DNA of 56,871 bases from an uncultured Prolixibacteraceae bacterium (GTDB lineage Bacteria; Bacteroidota; Bacteroidia; Bacteroidales; Prolixibacteraceae), in NCBI GenBank assembly GCA_964565015.1, contig CAZMDP010000001.1:1-56871 (forward strand), in the 5' to 3' direction. The position numbers were made by a program, and so were the translations under genes. Under the pieces are notes generated by a model, which worked only from the letters and a program-made list of their open reading frames with translations, was not told the DNA's origin and ran no database searches. How positions within the stretch are numbered: the first letter of the stretch is position 1; every line of letters begins with the position of its first letter. Positions 1 through 8,175 of this stretch are shown piece after piece.

Positions 1-31
1 CACTGTGACACAAATTGACAACTTCCTGTTA

Positions 32-39
32 TAGCTTTG
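32..39 (+). promoter_or_regulatory. Bacteroidota primary-sigma -7 element (TAGCTTTG)
   Basis: Matches TAnnTTTG, 16 nt upstream of the ATG at 56. Confidence 0.5.
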
Positions 40-55
40 TCAAAAATTCAAAACT

Positions 56-490
56 ATGAAAAACGTGAGCTCAAAAATTAACGATCACGATGCCGATAAA
101 CTCATAGCAGTTTTCGGATCCAAATACGAAGGCGTAAAAAGAGCCGTTGAAGGCTTCATGGCAATCAGAGATTATTCCTTAGCCGAAATTCGTAAATTAA
201 ACTTTACAACAGAGGAACTTACTTCTATGATAAGCAGCCTGAACGGCACAATGTCGTCAAACGCCCGGATGCAATGCAACGTGGGTGCCTTTAACGCACA
301 CATGGAAGATTTTGAAAAACTCGACAACGGAGTTTCCTCTTACGGAGCTGACTATAACAGCCTGATGAAAAAATTGGAAAATTTATCAGCTGCACAGGTT
401 TTCTTCCTGCAGGATGAAATATACCGATGGTGGGAAATAAATACTGATATGGAGGGATTTATCAGTTCACTTCAGCCAAAAGCTGAATAA
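56..490 (+). CDS. hypothetical protein
   Basis: 144-aa ORF with an A-rich leader and an upstream -7 element. Confidence 0.7.
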   Translation: MKNVSSKINDHDADKLIAVFGSKYEGVKRAVEGFMAIRDYSLAEIRKLNFTTEELTSMISSLNGTMSSNARMQCNVGAFNAHMEDFEKLDNGVSSYGADYNSLMKKLENLSAAQVFFLQDEIYRWWEINTDMEGFISSLQPKAE

Positions 491-494
491 AACC

Positions 495-617
495 GCCGGA
501 AATGAAAAATAGCGGTTACACGAACATTCATAAAAGGCGTCCAAAGCCGTGTTTGATACTTCCGAGGGCAGGGATGTACCCGAGAGCAATATCGGACAGT
601 TCGTGTGATTTTCCGGC
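495..617 (+). ncRNA. candidate structured RNA / leader
   Basis: Nested stems: GCCGGAAA 495-502/TTTCCGGC 610-617, TTACACGAAC 516-525/GTTCGTGTGA 599-608, TCCGA 561-565/TCGGA 592-596. Confidence 0.4.
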
Positions 618-679
618 ATCGTGCGGAGCCGCCTGGCCTGTCATGTATTTGCGGGCTGTGCTTGTTGGGGTTGGCATTT

Positions 680-709
680 CAATAGTAGGTTGGGGACTAT
701 TGTTTTTTT
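680..709 (+). terminator. intrinsic terminator
   Basis: CAATAGT/ACTATTG stem followed by T7. Confidence 0.5.
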
Positions 710-790
710 AATTGTTTTTTTACTAATTTTATCAAACCAAAATCAGCCACGCCATAGGCTAAAAAAGACCCCAGGCAGGGGCACCAGAAA

Positions 791-1528
791 ATGGAAACTG
801 CAAAACAAGCAAGAGAAACAAAAATCTTCTTTCTCGAACAAATCAATCAAGGCAATTTAAGAGTTGCCGAAACTTCTCTTTATGATTTCGTAATGGAATC
901 GGCCGAGGAAACAACTTCGCCAAGAGGTAATGAGCGAAAACTGCATATCAGGGAAACCGAAAGGCAGTGCTCATGCTGGGATACCAAGGTAGAGGATGAT
1001 TTCGATCCCGATTGTGAAAAATGCTATCAGGGTACTGAAATCGTTTTTAAGGTTTGGGATTGGGGCCCTATGGGTCAGCGCCCAAGGGTTTTAGAAACCT
1101 GCAACACCGAGGAAGAAGCCGAAGATTACATCTTTCAGCGGGTATATGAATACGATTTCATGCGCGACGATCAGCGCGATACCGAATACTTCTATTCAGA
1201 GGACGAAGCAAAACAGGCGGTAATCGAAAGACTGTGCTCAAGCTGGAATGTGTCTGAGGATGTTGTTCGCTCCGTATTGAGCAAACAAGAGCGAATCAGA
1301 GAGGTGCGTATGCAAAGAGAGGAAGAAAAAAAGGCTCAGGCTGCAAAGGGAAAAGCGCTGGATCAGGAGCGCATCAATCGCATTGCTGCCGAATATGCAA
1401 CCCTCATTCAGCGCCAGGAAGGCGAAACCTACAAAGAAACTGCTGCCAGGCTGTCGAAAGCCATTGGCGAAAGAATACAATCTGCAGTATTTCACCAGGC
1501 CGTTAAAATTGTGCGGCATAAAAATTAA
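791..1528 (+). CDS. hypothetical protein with Cys cluster and a C-terminal domain shared with ORF 3715..4035
   Basis: 245 aa; CSC...CEKC; C-terminal ETYKETAARLSKAIG...FHQAVKIVR. Confidence 0.75.
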   Translation: METAKQARETKIFFLEQINQGNLRVAETSLYDFVMESAEETTSPRGNERKLHIRETERQCSCWDTKVEDDFDPDCEKCYQGTEIVFKVWDWGPMGQRPRVLETCNTEEEAEDYIFQRVYEYDFMRDDQRDTEYFYSEDEAKQAVIERLCSSWNVSEDVVRSVLSKQERIREVRMQREEEKKAQAAKGKALDQERINRIAAEYATLIQRQEGETYKETAARLSKAIGERIQSAVFHQAVKIVRHKN

Positions 1529-1532
1529 ACCC

Positions 1533-1889
1533 ATGAAAACAATCTCTTTGTTAATCCTTTTACTGGCATCGGTTTCGGCTGGTGCTCAAACTTCGCTCTC
1601 AGTGGCCGAAGAAATCATCGAAGAAATGCAGGCCGTTATTGAGCAAAAAGAGCAAACACCTACCTATGTAATCATGTACGTTTACCCACCCGAATGGTAT
1701 AATCTCGAACTGGTAGTCGCGCAGGTAAAACGAATCGCCGACAAATACCCCGATGTTAAATTCCTTTCGCAATGGGAACGAAACGAAAAAACAAACGATT
1801 ACGCCTGTTTGCTCTCAGTAAACGGAAAAATTCTGAGCGTTAAATATCAGCCCGAAAACATTGAGGTTCTGTTTTATTGTGCTCTATAA
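1533..1889 (+). CDS. secreted hypothetical protein
   Basis: Start reassigned to MKTISLLILLLASVSAGAQ, a signal peptide with an AxA-Q cleavage site. Confidence 0.7.
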   Translation: MKTISLLILLLASVSAGAQTSLSVAEEIIEEMQAVIEQKEQTPTYVIMYVYPPEWYNLELVVAQVKRIADKYPDVKFLSQWERNEKTNDYACLLSVNGKILSVKYQPENIEVLFYCAL

Positions 1890-1918
1890 AGAGCCATTAT
1901 AAAAATTGGAAAATTTAG

Positions 1919-1958
1919 GAGAGTGGCAGCCGGCCTCCGTTAACCCTGCCGCAAATTT
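1919..1958 (+). repeat. 40-bp leader repeat, copy 1 (copy 2 at 4041-4080)
   Basis: GAGAGTGGCAGCCGGCCTCCGTTAACCCTGCCGCAAATTT, 36/40 identical to 4041-4080. Confidence 0.85.
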
Positions 1959-1965
1959 TTATTCA

Positions 1966-3684
1966 ATGAAAACCATCTTTGACCGGGATTTCTATCCCAC
2001 CCCCGACGATGTAATCGAAACCATGCTCGCCGGCGAAACCATTGCCGGAAAAATTATCCTCGAACCCTCTGCCGGAACCGGCAATATTGTGCAATGGCTT
2101 AAAGCCCGAAATGCTGCCGAAGTGCTGGCCTGCGAAAAAGATAACGACTTCGCCCGCCTCCTGGCTACAAAATGCACAGTGCTCGAAAATAACTTTTTCG
2201 ATCTCAAATCAGATCGCATCAGCCACATTCATGCCATTTACATGAACCCGCCTTTCAGCGATGCCGGAAGGCATATTCTCCATGCCTGGAATATTGCTCC
2301 CGGCGGATGCCGCATTATTTCGCTATGCAATTCATCGCTGCTCGATAATACGTACTCGCAAATGCGCGAGGAAATCAAAGCCCTGGTTAACCAGTACGGT
2401 TATTCCGTTGACCTCGGCCAGTGTTTCAACACCGCCGACCGCAAAACCGACGTGGAAGTAAGCATGATTACCCTTATTAAGCCCGGTGGCGGCTACGAGG
2501 CCGAATTTGAAGGCTTTTTCCTTGAAGATGATCCTACCGAACTGCAGGCAAATGCCATGATGCCGTACAATATGGTGCGCGATATAGTTAACAGGTACAT
2601 AGGCGCCATAAAAATATACGATCAGCAGCTCGAAACTGCCTCTCAGCTCAATGCGCTGCTTGATTCGTTTTATGGCGAAAAAATCGGATTCCAGTGCACC
2701 GAAAAGGGCAAACCCCTGCTACGAAATACTTTTAAAAAGGATCTGCAAAAAGCAGCATGGAAATTTGTGTTTAATAAACTCAATATGTCACGCACTGCTA
2801 CAAAGGGACTACGCGAGGATATTAACCGCTTTGTTGAGCAACAGCAGCAAATACCCTTTACCATGCGTAATATTTACCGTATGCTCGAAATAGTACACGG
2901 CACCACCGAACAGCGTATGGATAAAGCTCTGCTCGAAGTATTCGACAAAGTAACCCGGCATTACAAGGAAAACAGGCATAATGTCGAGGGCTGGGTAACA
3001 AACGATTGTTACCTGGTGAATCGCAAATTTATACTGCCCTACGTGGTTGCTCCTGATTTCCGGGGAAAGGTACGGGCCAATTATTACGGCTGGGCCGAAC
3101 CGGTTGATGATCTTTCTAAAGCCCTTTGCTATCTTACAGGAAGGAATTATGAAACAATCGGAGATTTCAGCACCTTTTTATCCGCAGGCTCGGTTTATTT
3201 TGGAGAGCTTACAACCTGGGGCTTCTTCCAGTTTCGGGCATATAAAAAGGGCACGGTGCATTTTACATTTCTTGATGAAAATGTTTGGGCACGTTTCAAC
3301 CAGCGTATTGCTCAACTCAAAGGCTACCAGCTGCCCGAAACCATGAAACCGCGTAAGGAAGAAAAACAGAAACAGTCCAGCGCTAAAAATGCCAATCATT
3401 CCGAATCTTACATTGAACCCTGGCAAAGAACTGTGAACGACTTTGTTCAGTCATATAATAACGATAAAGTAGCCAGATCTGCACACCGCTTAATCATCAA
3501 AAAAGCCCTCTCCGATGGTCTGCCGGTTCCCCCCGAAGTCATGGCCGATTATCCCGACCTTATGGCGCCTGCTCCCGTGGTTGATCAGGTAGTTCCCGAA
3601 ATAGAACTCTGCGATCAACCCGAAACCGAACCCGAACCCGAACCGGTATTCTTCGACAATCCCGATCAGCTTTCAATGTTTTAA
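1966..3684 (+). CDS. SAM-dependent N6-adenine DNA methyltransferase-like protein with DUF4942-like C-terminal domain
   Basis: DFYPTP, ILEPSAGTG (motif I), MNPPF (motif IV); C-terminal FFQFRAYKKGTVH; start reassigned to MKTIFDRDF. Confidence 0.8.
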   Translation: MKTIFDRDFYPTPDDVIETMLAGETIAGKIILEPSAGTGNIVQWLKARNAAEVLACEKDNDFARLLATKCTVLENNFFDLKSDRISHIHAIYMNPPFSDAGRHILHAWNIAPGGCRIISLCNSSLLDNTYSQMREEIKALVNQYGYSVDLGQCFNTADRKTDVEVSMITLIKPGGGYEAEFEGFFLEDDPTELQANAMMPYNMVRDIVNRYIGAIKIYDQQLETASQLNALLDSFYGEKIGFQCTEKGKPLLRNTFKKDLQKAAWKFVFNKLNMSRTATKGLREDINRFVEQQQQIPFTMRNIYRMLEIVHGTTEQRMDKALLEVFDKVTRHYKENRHNVEGWVTNDCYLVNRKFILPYVVAPDFRGKVRANYYGWAEPVDDLSKALCYLTGRNYETIGDFSTFLSAGSVYFGELTTWGFFQFRAYKKGTVHFTFLDENVWARFNQRIAQLKGYQLPETMKPRKEEKQKQSSAKNANHSESYIEPWQRTVNDFVQSYNNDKVARSAHRLIIKKALSDGLPVPPEVMADYPDLMAPAPVVDQVVPEIELCDQPETEPEPEPVFFDNPDQLSMF

Positions 3685-3714
3685 CTATTCAGCAACCTCT
3701 TAAAAATTGGAAAA

Positions 3715-4035
3715 ATGTCACCCGTCGAAATAAACCTTCGAAACACAATGATCAGGTTGCTGCATCGCTTCGGTTTTACTGAGCGTTTTCTTAACTCGCT
3801 CACCACCGATAAACTCGAAGCCCTCACCGATCTCATTTCAAATGATATTGAGAACTCAAAGCACAATCCCGAAGCGGTCAAATACGCTAACCTGATTGAA
3901 CCAACCCGCGAAACTTATGCCCAAACCGTTAAAAGGCTTTCAGATGCTATGGGCAAAAGAGTTGATACCGATGTTTTTTACGAAGCAGTGCGAATAATCC
4001 GCTATCGCTACAGCGATATGCAAAAAATCCTTTAA
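3715..4035 (+). CDS. hypothetical protein, C-terminus paralogous to ORF 791..1528
   Basis: YANLIEPTRETYAQTVKRLSDAMG...FYEAVRIIR. Confidence 0.7.
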   Translation: MSPVEINLRNTMIRLLHRFGFTERFLNSLTTDKLEALTDLISNDIENSKHNPEAVKYANLIEPTRETYAQTVKRLSDAMGKRVDTDVFYEAVRIIRYRYSDMQKIL

Positions 4036-4040
4036 ATCCC

Positions 4041-4080
4041 GAGAGTGGCAGCTGGCCTCTGTTAACCCTGCCGTAAACTT
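4041..4080 (+). repeat. 40-bp leader repeat, copy 2
   Basis: GAGAGTGGCAGCTGGCCTCTGTTAACCCTGCCGTAAACTT, 8 nt before the ATG at 4089. Confidence 0.85.
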
Positions 4081-4088
4081 TTAAACAA

Positions 4089-4595
4089 ATGAGAACTATT
4101 GTTTTTGCATGGCTGCTGCTGTGCTTTGTGGGCTGCGAAAAAGAACCTTTCGCCCCCGAACCTCAAAATCGCCGGGCTACCGGCATAATTACCAACCGCC
4201 ACCGTTCGCCCCGCGAAGGAATTTACGAAGGCGAACTGCAGTACTCCATCCCCGATATGGTTGATCAAACCATTTACACCCAGCGGCAAATCACCTACCT
4301 TAACGATTCACTTATCGTTATAAAATGGTGGTCAAAACCCGATACCTGCGACACCATAAGCATTACCACTGGCATTACATACACCATGGCTTTTCGCAAA
4401 GCCAGCAACACCTGCGGCAATCAGGAAGTATTTTATATCTGGAACAGCTCCGGCCAGATAAAAAACGATACCATCTTCGAGCATGGCACGGTTGAGTACC
4501 GGTTTTATTTCGAAGGTGAACTACGGGTTAACCGGCACGGCCAATGGCAATCATGGGTAAAATGGAAACGTAAAAACCATTGTAGCCGCTTGTAG
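4089..4595 (+). CDS. putative lipoprotein
   Basis: MRTIVFAWLLLCFVG-C-EKE: lipobox followed by charged residues. Confidence 0.7.
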   Translation: MRTIVFAWLLLCFVGCEKEPFAPEPQNRRATGIITNRHRSPREGIYEGELQYSIPDMVDQTIYTQRQITYLNDSLIVIKWWSKPDTCDTISITTGITYTMAFRKASNTCGNQEVFYIWNSSGQIKNDTIFEHGTVEYRFYFEGELRVNRHGQWQSWVKWKRKNHCSRL

Positions 4596-4648
4596 CTGGC
4601 ATTTTTGCCAAAATTGTGTAATACCGGCCGGGTAAAAAAAATATTAAT

Positions 4649-4681
4649 CTTGACAAATAGCTACAATGTTTTGTATATTTG
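4649..4681 (+). promoter_or_regulatory. Bacteroidota sigma promoter (CTTG-N21-TATATTTG)
   Basis: -33 (C)TTG at 4649-4652 and a perfect -7 TAnnTTTG at 4674-4681, upstream of ATG 4696 and of the co-oriented cassette array. Confidence 0.65.
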
Positions 4682-4695
4682 CCAAAAAAACAACT

Positions 4696-5136
4696 ATGGG
4701 ATTAACTCTCACCCTTAACGAAGTTCTTAGCCATTATCCGGTTAAGGTTAGCCTTCTTGCCATTGATCTGCGCCGAAGCCGCGTGTGGGTCAATCGTTTG
4801 GCCTATTCTCCGGTTACTACAGCTGCCGTTCATGAGGCCAATATCTTAATTGTCCAGAACTATCTGCGCAAAATTGGCGGCGAACTGTCGGTTATAAATC
4901 TCTCGTGCGATAATAATGAACCAGACGCTCTTCATATTGTGGATTTTTTTAACAAATATCCCTTTACTGTTGCAGGAGTAGCGCAGCATCTTAACCTCTC
5001 GCGCGAATGGTTGAGCTCAATTGTGCAAAACCGTTACCGGGCATCGCAGGCTGCCAGGTTAAAGCAGGTACTTAAGCTGCAGAAGTTTTTTCGCAGCATT
5101 GGCAACGATTTTAAAGAAATAACCTTAATCCCGTGA
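4696..5136 (+). CDS. tandem-HTH putative DNA-binding protein (two internal repeats)
   Basis: Repeated unit YP..V..(L/V)A..L..SR.W...Q...R.IG...I.L occurs twice; start reassigned to MGLTLTLN. Confidence 0.6.
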   Translation: MGLTLTLNEVLSHYPVKVSLLAIDLRRSRVWVNRLAYSPVTTAAVHEANILIVQNYLRKIGGELSVINLSCDNNEPDALHIVDFFNKYPFTVAGVAQHLNLSREWLSSIVQNRYRASQAARLKQVLKLQKFFRSIGNDFKEITLIP

Positions 5137-5163
5137 GTCAAAAAAACTTTTAACCTACCAACA

Positions 5164-5781
5164 ATGAAAGAGAAAGAATTAATGGTATTTGTGCGATCTC
5201 TTTGGGACCGGGGATTACTCACAAAATCACCTGATGAATTTGATTATGAGTGGGTGATATGGGATTATCTGAAATTGCCTAATCCTGCGGTTAGTGATTC
5301 AGTACAAGCGGAGTCTATTGAGTTTGCTGAATGGATAAGAACATTTGATTCGCTCGAAAAGAAGCAAGGATTTTGGATAATTGAAAGCCAAATTTCAAGT
5401 GAAGAATTATACAAACTTTCTCTGGAAGACAGAGATCGTTGGCGCAATGAACGCACAAAACTCCAGCATCAAGAACAGGATGCGGTACAAGACTGTTCAA
5501 AGTATGTATTTCGCTGGCATAAGGTCGTTTTCCCGGCCTTTTTGTCAGAATATTATTCTAATCAAATGGACGGAACCAAAGAAGCAAGAGTAATTATGGT
5601 CGGAGACAGATTCTTCGCTGATTACAAAAACAAACGCGTTTTAAGCGCTTGGTCATTATCTGGCGCTAAATTATTCCTTGATGGTTGTGGCGGAAAGACA
5701 ATTGAGTATTACGAAGATGTCTTAAAAAAGAAAGGATACAAAACTGAAAGGAAACTTGTTAGGTTGGAGGATGATGATTAA
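5164..5781 (+). CDS. hypothetical protein, possibly a mosaic of old cassettes
   Basis: 205-aa ORF ending in TAAC; internal GTTAGTGATTC at 5290. Confidence 0.6.
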   Translation: MKEKELMVFVRSLWDRGLLTKSPDEFDYEWVIWDYLKLPNPAVSDSVQAESIEFAEWIRTFDSLEKKQGFWIIESQISSEELYKLSLEDRDRWRNERTKLQHQEQDAVQDCSKYVFRWHKVVFPAFLSEYYSNQMDGTKEARVIMVGDRFFADYKNKRVLSAWSLSGAKLFLDGCGGKTIEYYEDVLKKKGYKTERKLVRLEDDD

Positions 5782-5810
5782 CAGTGGCGGTTTGATTAGC
5801 CGCTAATTTT

Positions 5811-5935
5811 GGGGGTTATGAGCGTAAAAGCTACCTAACTGGCAAGCTCTGAAAGCAGCAATGCAAAGTCGAGGTCGAACGGTAGAATATGATCGAGGTA
5901 ATGGCGTATTGGTGGTTCGAATCCACCAACCCCCA
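5811..5935 (+). ncRNA. tRNA-like element with enlarged central region
   Basis: Acceptor stem GGGGGTT 5811-5817/AACCCCC 5928-5934; T-arm GGTGG-TTCGAAT-CCACC 5911-5927; no canonical D-loop or anticodon loop. Confidence 0.55.
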
Positions 5936-5958
5936 CGAGAAACAATAATTTCAAAGCA

Positions 5959-6156
5959 ATGACAATTGAAGAAGCAAAAACGGCATTGTGGGACTGCCAA
6001 AAAATAACTCACGAAAGATTTTTACCACATGAATTTGTTTTTATTGAAAACGGTGTTCTGTGGGATGAAGAAAACAATAAATTGGACTATGACTTTTTTT
6101 GGAGCACCCGAAACAATTCAATGTTTGAAACAGGATGGTCAATATGGAACGGTTAG
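5959..6156 (+). CDS. small hypothetical phage protein
   Basis: MTIEEAKTALWDCQKITHERF...GWSIW, 65 aa. Confidence 0.65.
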   Translation: MTIEEAKTALWDCQKITHERFLPHEFVFIENGVLWDEENNKLDYDFFWSTRNNSMFETGWSIWNG

Positions 6157-6215
6157 CAGTGCTTTCCGTAGTGGTGGATTTTATGAACGAACGCTTCACT
6201 TAACAAACCGACAAA

Positions 6216-6416
6216 ATGACAAAAGAGGATTTAATTTACCAATGGGAAAATCAATTGGTTTTACTGGAAGTTTCAATTAGTAACGCCGAAGAAAGAGGAT
6301 CCTGTGTTACAGCGACAGCACTGGACTATCAAAAGAACCAATTGATAGCTTGTTTAGCAGATCTCAAAAAATTAGAAGCAAAGTCCGTTGAATCGCAGTT
6401 AATTCTCGTAAAATGA
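6216..6416 (+). CDS. small hypothetical protein (distal array)
   Basis: 66-aa ORF overlapping the next gene by ATGA. Confidence 0.6.
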   Translation: MTKEDLIYQWENQLVLLEVSISNAEERGSCVTATALDYQKNQLIACLADLKKLEAKSVESQLILVK

Positions 6417-6646
6417 ACTTAGCAAAACAACACGTCTATTTGATGTACGATATTCAAAATAGGCATAGGCACACAAAAATCGGGGAAGTCCAAATTCGTA
6501 TTCATAAAGAAACGGAAATGGATAAATGGAAAAACCCAAACAATTACAAGCATCACGCTATAGATGTTTGGGTTGAAGCACATCCCGAATACTTTAAAAG
6601 TGATTTGGACGCATTTTATACAGGCGATTTTATACCGTTTGTATAA
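6413..6646 (+). CDS. cassette 8 hypothetical protein
   Basis: Stop lies inside TAATTGCTGCTAAC 6644-6657; degenerate left ends are GCAGTTA 6395-6401 or GTTAGCAG 6152-6159. Confidence 0.65.
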   Translation: MNLAKQHVYLMYDIQNRHRHTKIGEVQIRIHKETEMDKWKNPNNYKHHAIDVWVEAHPEYFKSDLDAFYTGDFIPFV

Positions 6647-6654
6647 TTGCTGCT

Positions 6655-6771
6655 AACAGAGGCAATAAAAAATGTATGGGATTTCTAAGCGGTTACTTAT
6701 CCCATGACATTAAACAAAATTAGAAGCAGACCGCATAAACAGGCATTAACACCCCTTTTTTATTGCGTGTG
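6655..6771. repeat. attC-like hairpin (degenerate right core)
   Basis: AAC, then GCAATAAAAAA 6662-6672 / TTTTTTATTGC 6756-6766, then GTG in place of GTT. Confidence 0.7.
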
Positions 6772-6793
6772 TGTGCCAGTATTTTTTATCAAA

Positions 6794-6970
6794 ATGAAAG
6801 AAATTAAACACATTTGGAACATTGTCGGCACTTTATTAGGAGTAGCCGTAAACCTTAAAATAACTTACGATTATTTTATTGACAACAAAGAACCATCGAG
6901 CTTTTTAGTGTATGGAGCCTTAGTGCTATATATGCAACTGTTTCTGAAACACAAAGATAAAACAGAGTAG
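6794..6970 (+). CDS. cassette 7 small membrane protein (2 TM)
   Basis: MKEIKHIWNIVGTLLGVAVNL...FLVYGALVLYMQLF; flanked by GCCAGTA 6775-6781 / TATTGGC 6979-6985. Confidence 0.65.
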   Translation: MKEIKHIWNIVGTLLGVAVNLKITYDYFIDNKEPSSFLVYGALVLYMQLFLKHKDKTE

Positions 6971-6988
6971 TCTTTTATTATTGGCTAT

Positions 6989-7112
6989 TACGCATTGCAG
7001 CTATGCGAAGGCAGGGTTTAAATGCACCTTACCTGTCATTTCGCACTAAACTAACTAAGGATGCACAACCTTTCGGCTACCACAGAACCCCTGCTTTTGC
7101 ATAGGTGCTGTT
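6989..7112. repeat. attC-like hairpin
   Basis: 20-bp stem 6997-7016 / 7089-7108 (1 mismatch, 2 G-T), ends in GTT at 7110. Confidence 0.85.
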
Positions 7113-7133
7113 ATAGCCAGTATTTGATCTGTT

Positions 7134-7346
7134 ATGATTAGAAAAACATTAAAAATCCTGTGGGTAATTCAGGAGCAAGAACACAAAGACCCATTCAAAA
7201 GATGGTATTTTAAAAGGAGAATGAACCCTTTTAATCCACTTACATACATCTCAATTCTTATTATCATTTTGATTGGATTTTTAATGTTTGGCTTGGTTGG
7301 ATTTTGGAAAGAGGTCGATTTAAGAAATCCGTTTCGGTGGTCTTAA
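7134..7346 (+). CDS. cassette 6 small membrane protein
   Basis: Flanked by GTTATAGCCAGTATT 7110-7124 / AATATTGGCTATAAC 7345-7359; one TM helix. Confidence 0.8.
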   Translation: MIRKTLKILWVIQEQEHKDPFKRWYFKRRMNPFNPLTYISILIIILIGFLMFGLVGFWKEVDLRNPFRWS

Positions 7347-7356
7347 TATTGGCTAT

Positions 7357-7439
7357 AACGTTTAGGCTAAGAACCGAAGCCTTTATAAATATTCGGTTCA
7401 CAGTGTAAATTTGGTGGGCTTTGGTTTTTAGCCCTTGTT
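7357..7439. repeat. attC-like hairpin
   Basis: 18-bp stem 7365-7382 / 7416-7433 with 3 G-T pairs between AAC and GTT. Confidence 0.85.
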
Positions 7440-7464
7440 ACCGCCAGTTAATTTTAAAAGTCAA

Positions 7465-7602
7465 ATGAAAAAAGTAAAAGTAGAAAACAGATTAGGGGTA
7501 ACAACATCAGTTATCCCACATAGTAACGGAACTTATCCAGTATGGTTTGAAGATTCCGATACCGTTCAATTTATCGAAGCATCGAAAGTGGTGTTTCTTT
7601 AA
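7465..7602 (+). CDS. cassette 5 45-aa protein (not in ORF track)
   Basis: MKKVKVENRLGVTTSVIPHSNGTYPVWFEDSDTVQFIEASKVVFL*; flanked by GTTACCGCCAGTTAA 7437-7451 / TTAATTGGCGGTAAC 7599-7613. Confidence 0.75.
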   Translation: MKKVKVENRLGVTTSVIPHSNGTYPVWFEDSDTVQFIEASKVVFL

Positions 7603-7610
7603 TTGGCGGT

Positions 7611-7733
7611 AACGTGTTTTCGCTTGCCGTCAGGTGGGGCAATCGAAGCACTGAACTGTCAATAACCACCGAAGTTTAATAGAAGCCAAAAGCTGGGTTT
7701 AACGCATACCCCCACTTGCGGCAAACGAATGTT
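7611..7733. repeat. attC-like hairpin
   Basis: Stem 7619-7639 / 7710-7729 with a bulged T and a C-A mismatch. Confidence 0.85.
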
Positions 7734-7750
7734 GTGCGAAGTGTTTTACT

Positions 7751-8014
7751 ATGGTTACTTACAATATAGACGACAGGTTTTGCCCTTGTGGAAATAAATG
7801 GACATTTGTTACTGCTTCATTATCTTTTGGGGATTACTACTATTGTCAAAAATGCGACAAGATTTTTGTTCCAACAGTTGAAGAAAAAACAAAAGAGTGG
7901 TTTGGTGAAAACTACAACACAGACAGATTTAATCAGTTAAAAAATATTGCTCGCATTGTAGAAGCAAGGGCAAAAGTCACCAATGATGATTTAAAAAAAT
8001 TAGGGTATCTCTAA
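7751..8014 (+). CDS. cassette 4 zinc-ribbon protein
   Basis: CPCG...CQKC; flanked by GTTGTGCGAAGTGTT 7731-7745 / AACATTTCGCACAAC 8013-8027. Confidence 0.8.
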   Translation: MVTYNIDDRFCPCGNKWTFVTASLSFGDYYYCQKCDKIFVPTVEEKTKEWFGENYNTDRFNQLKNIARIVEARAKVTNDDLKKLGYL

Positions 8015-8037
8015 CATTTCGCACAACAGTAATTAAA

Positions 8038-8175
8038 ATGGAAAAAGATAATTTCTTCAACTTTAAACAAAAAAATATTTGGGATGTGGGATTCCCGATG
8101 AGTCCAAGAAAGTTCATAATAGCTTCATTGATTTTGACACCTGTAATAGTATTGGTAGCACTTTATTGTTGCTAA
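8038..8175 (+). CDS. cassette 3 45-aa membrane peptide (not in ORF track)
   Basis: MEKDNFFNFKQKNIWDVGFPMSPRKFIIASLILTPVIVLVALYCC*; ends in TTATTGTTGCTAAC 8163-8176. Confidence 0.7.
   Translation: MEKDNFFNFKQKNIWDVGFPMSPRKFIIASLILTPVIVLVALYCC

Noticed and set aside
5811-5935. Canonical functional tRNA gene
   Set aside because: It is too long and has no recognisable D-loop GG or 7-nt anticodon loop; kept as tRNA-like only.
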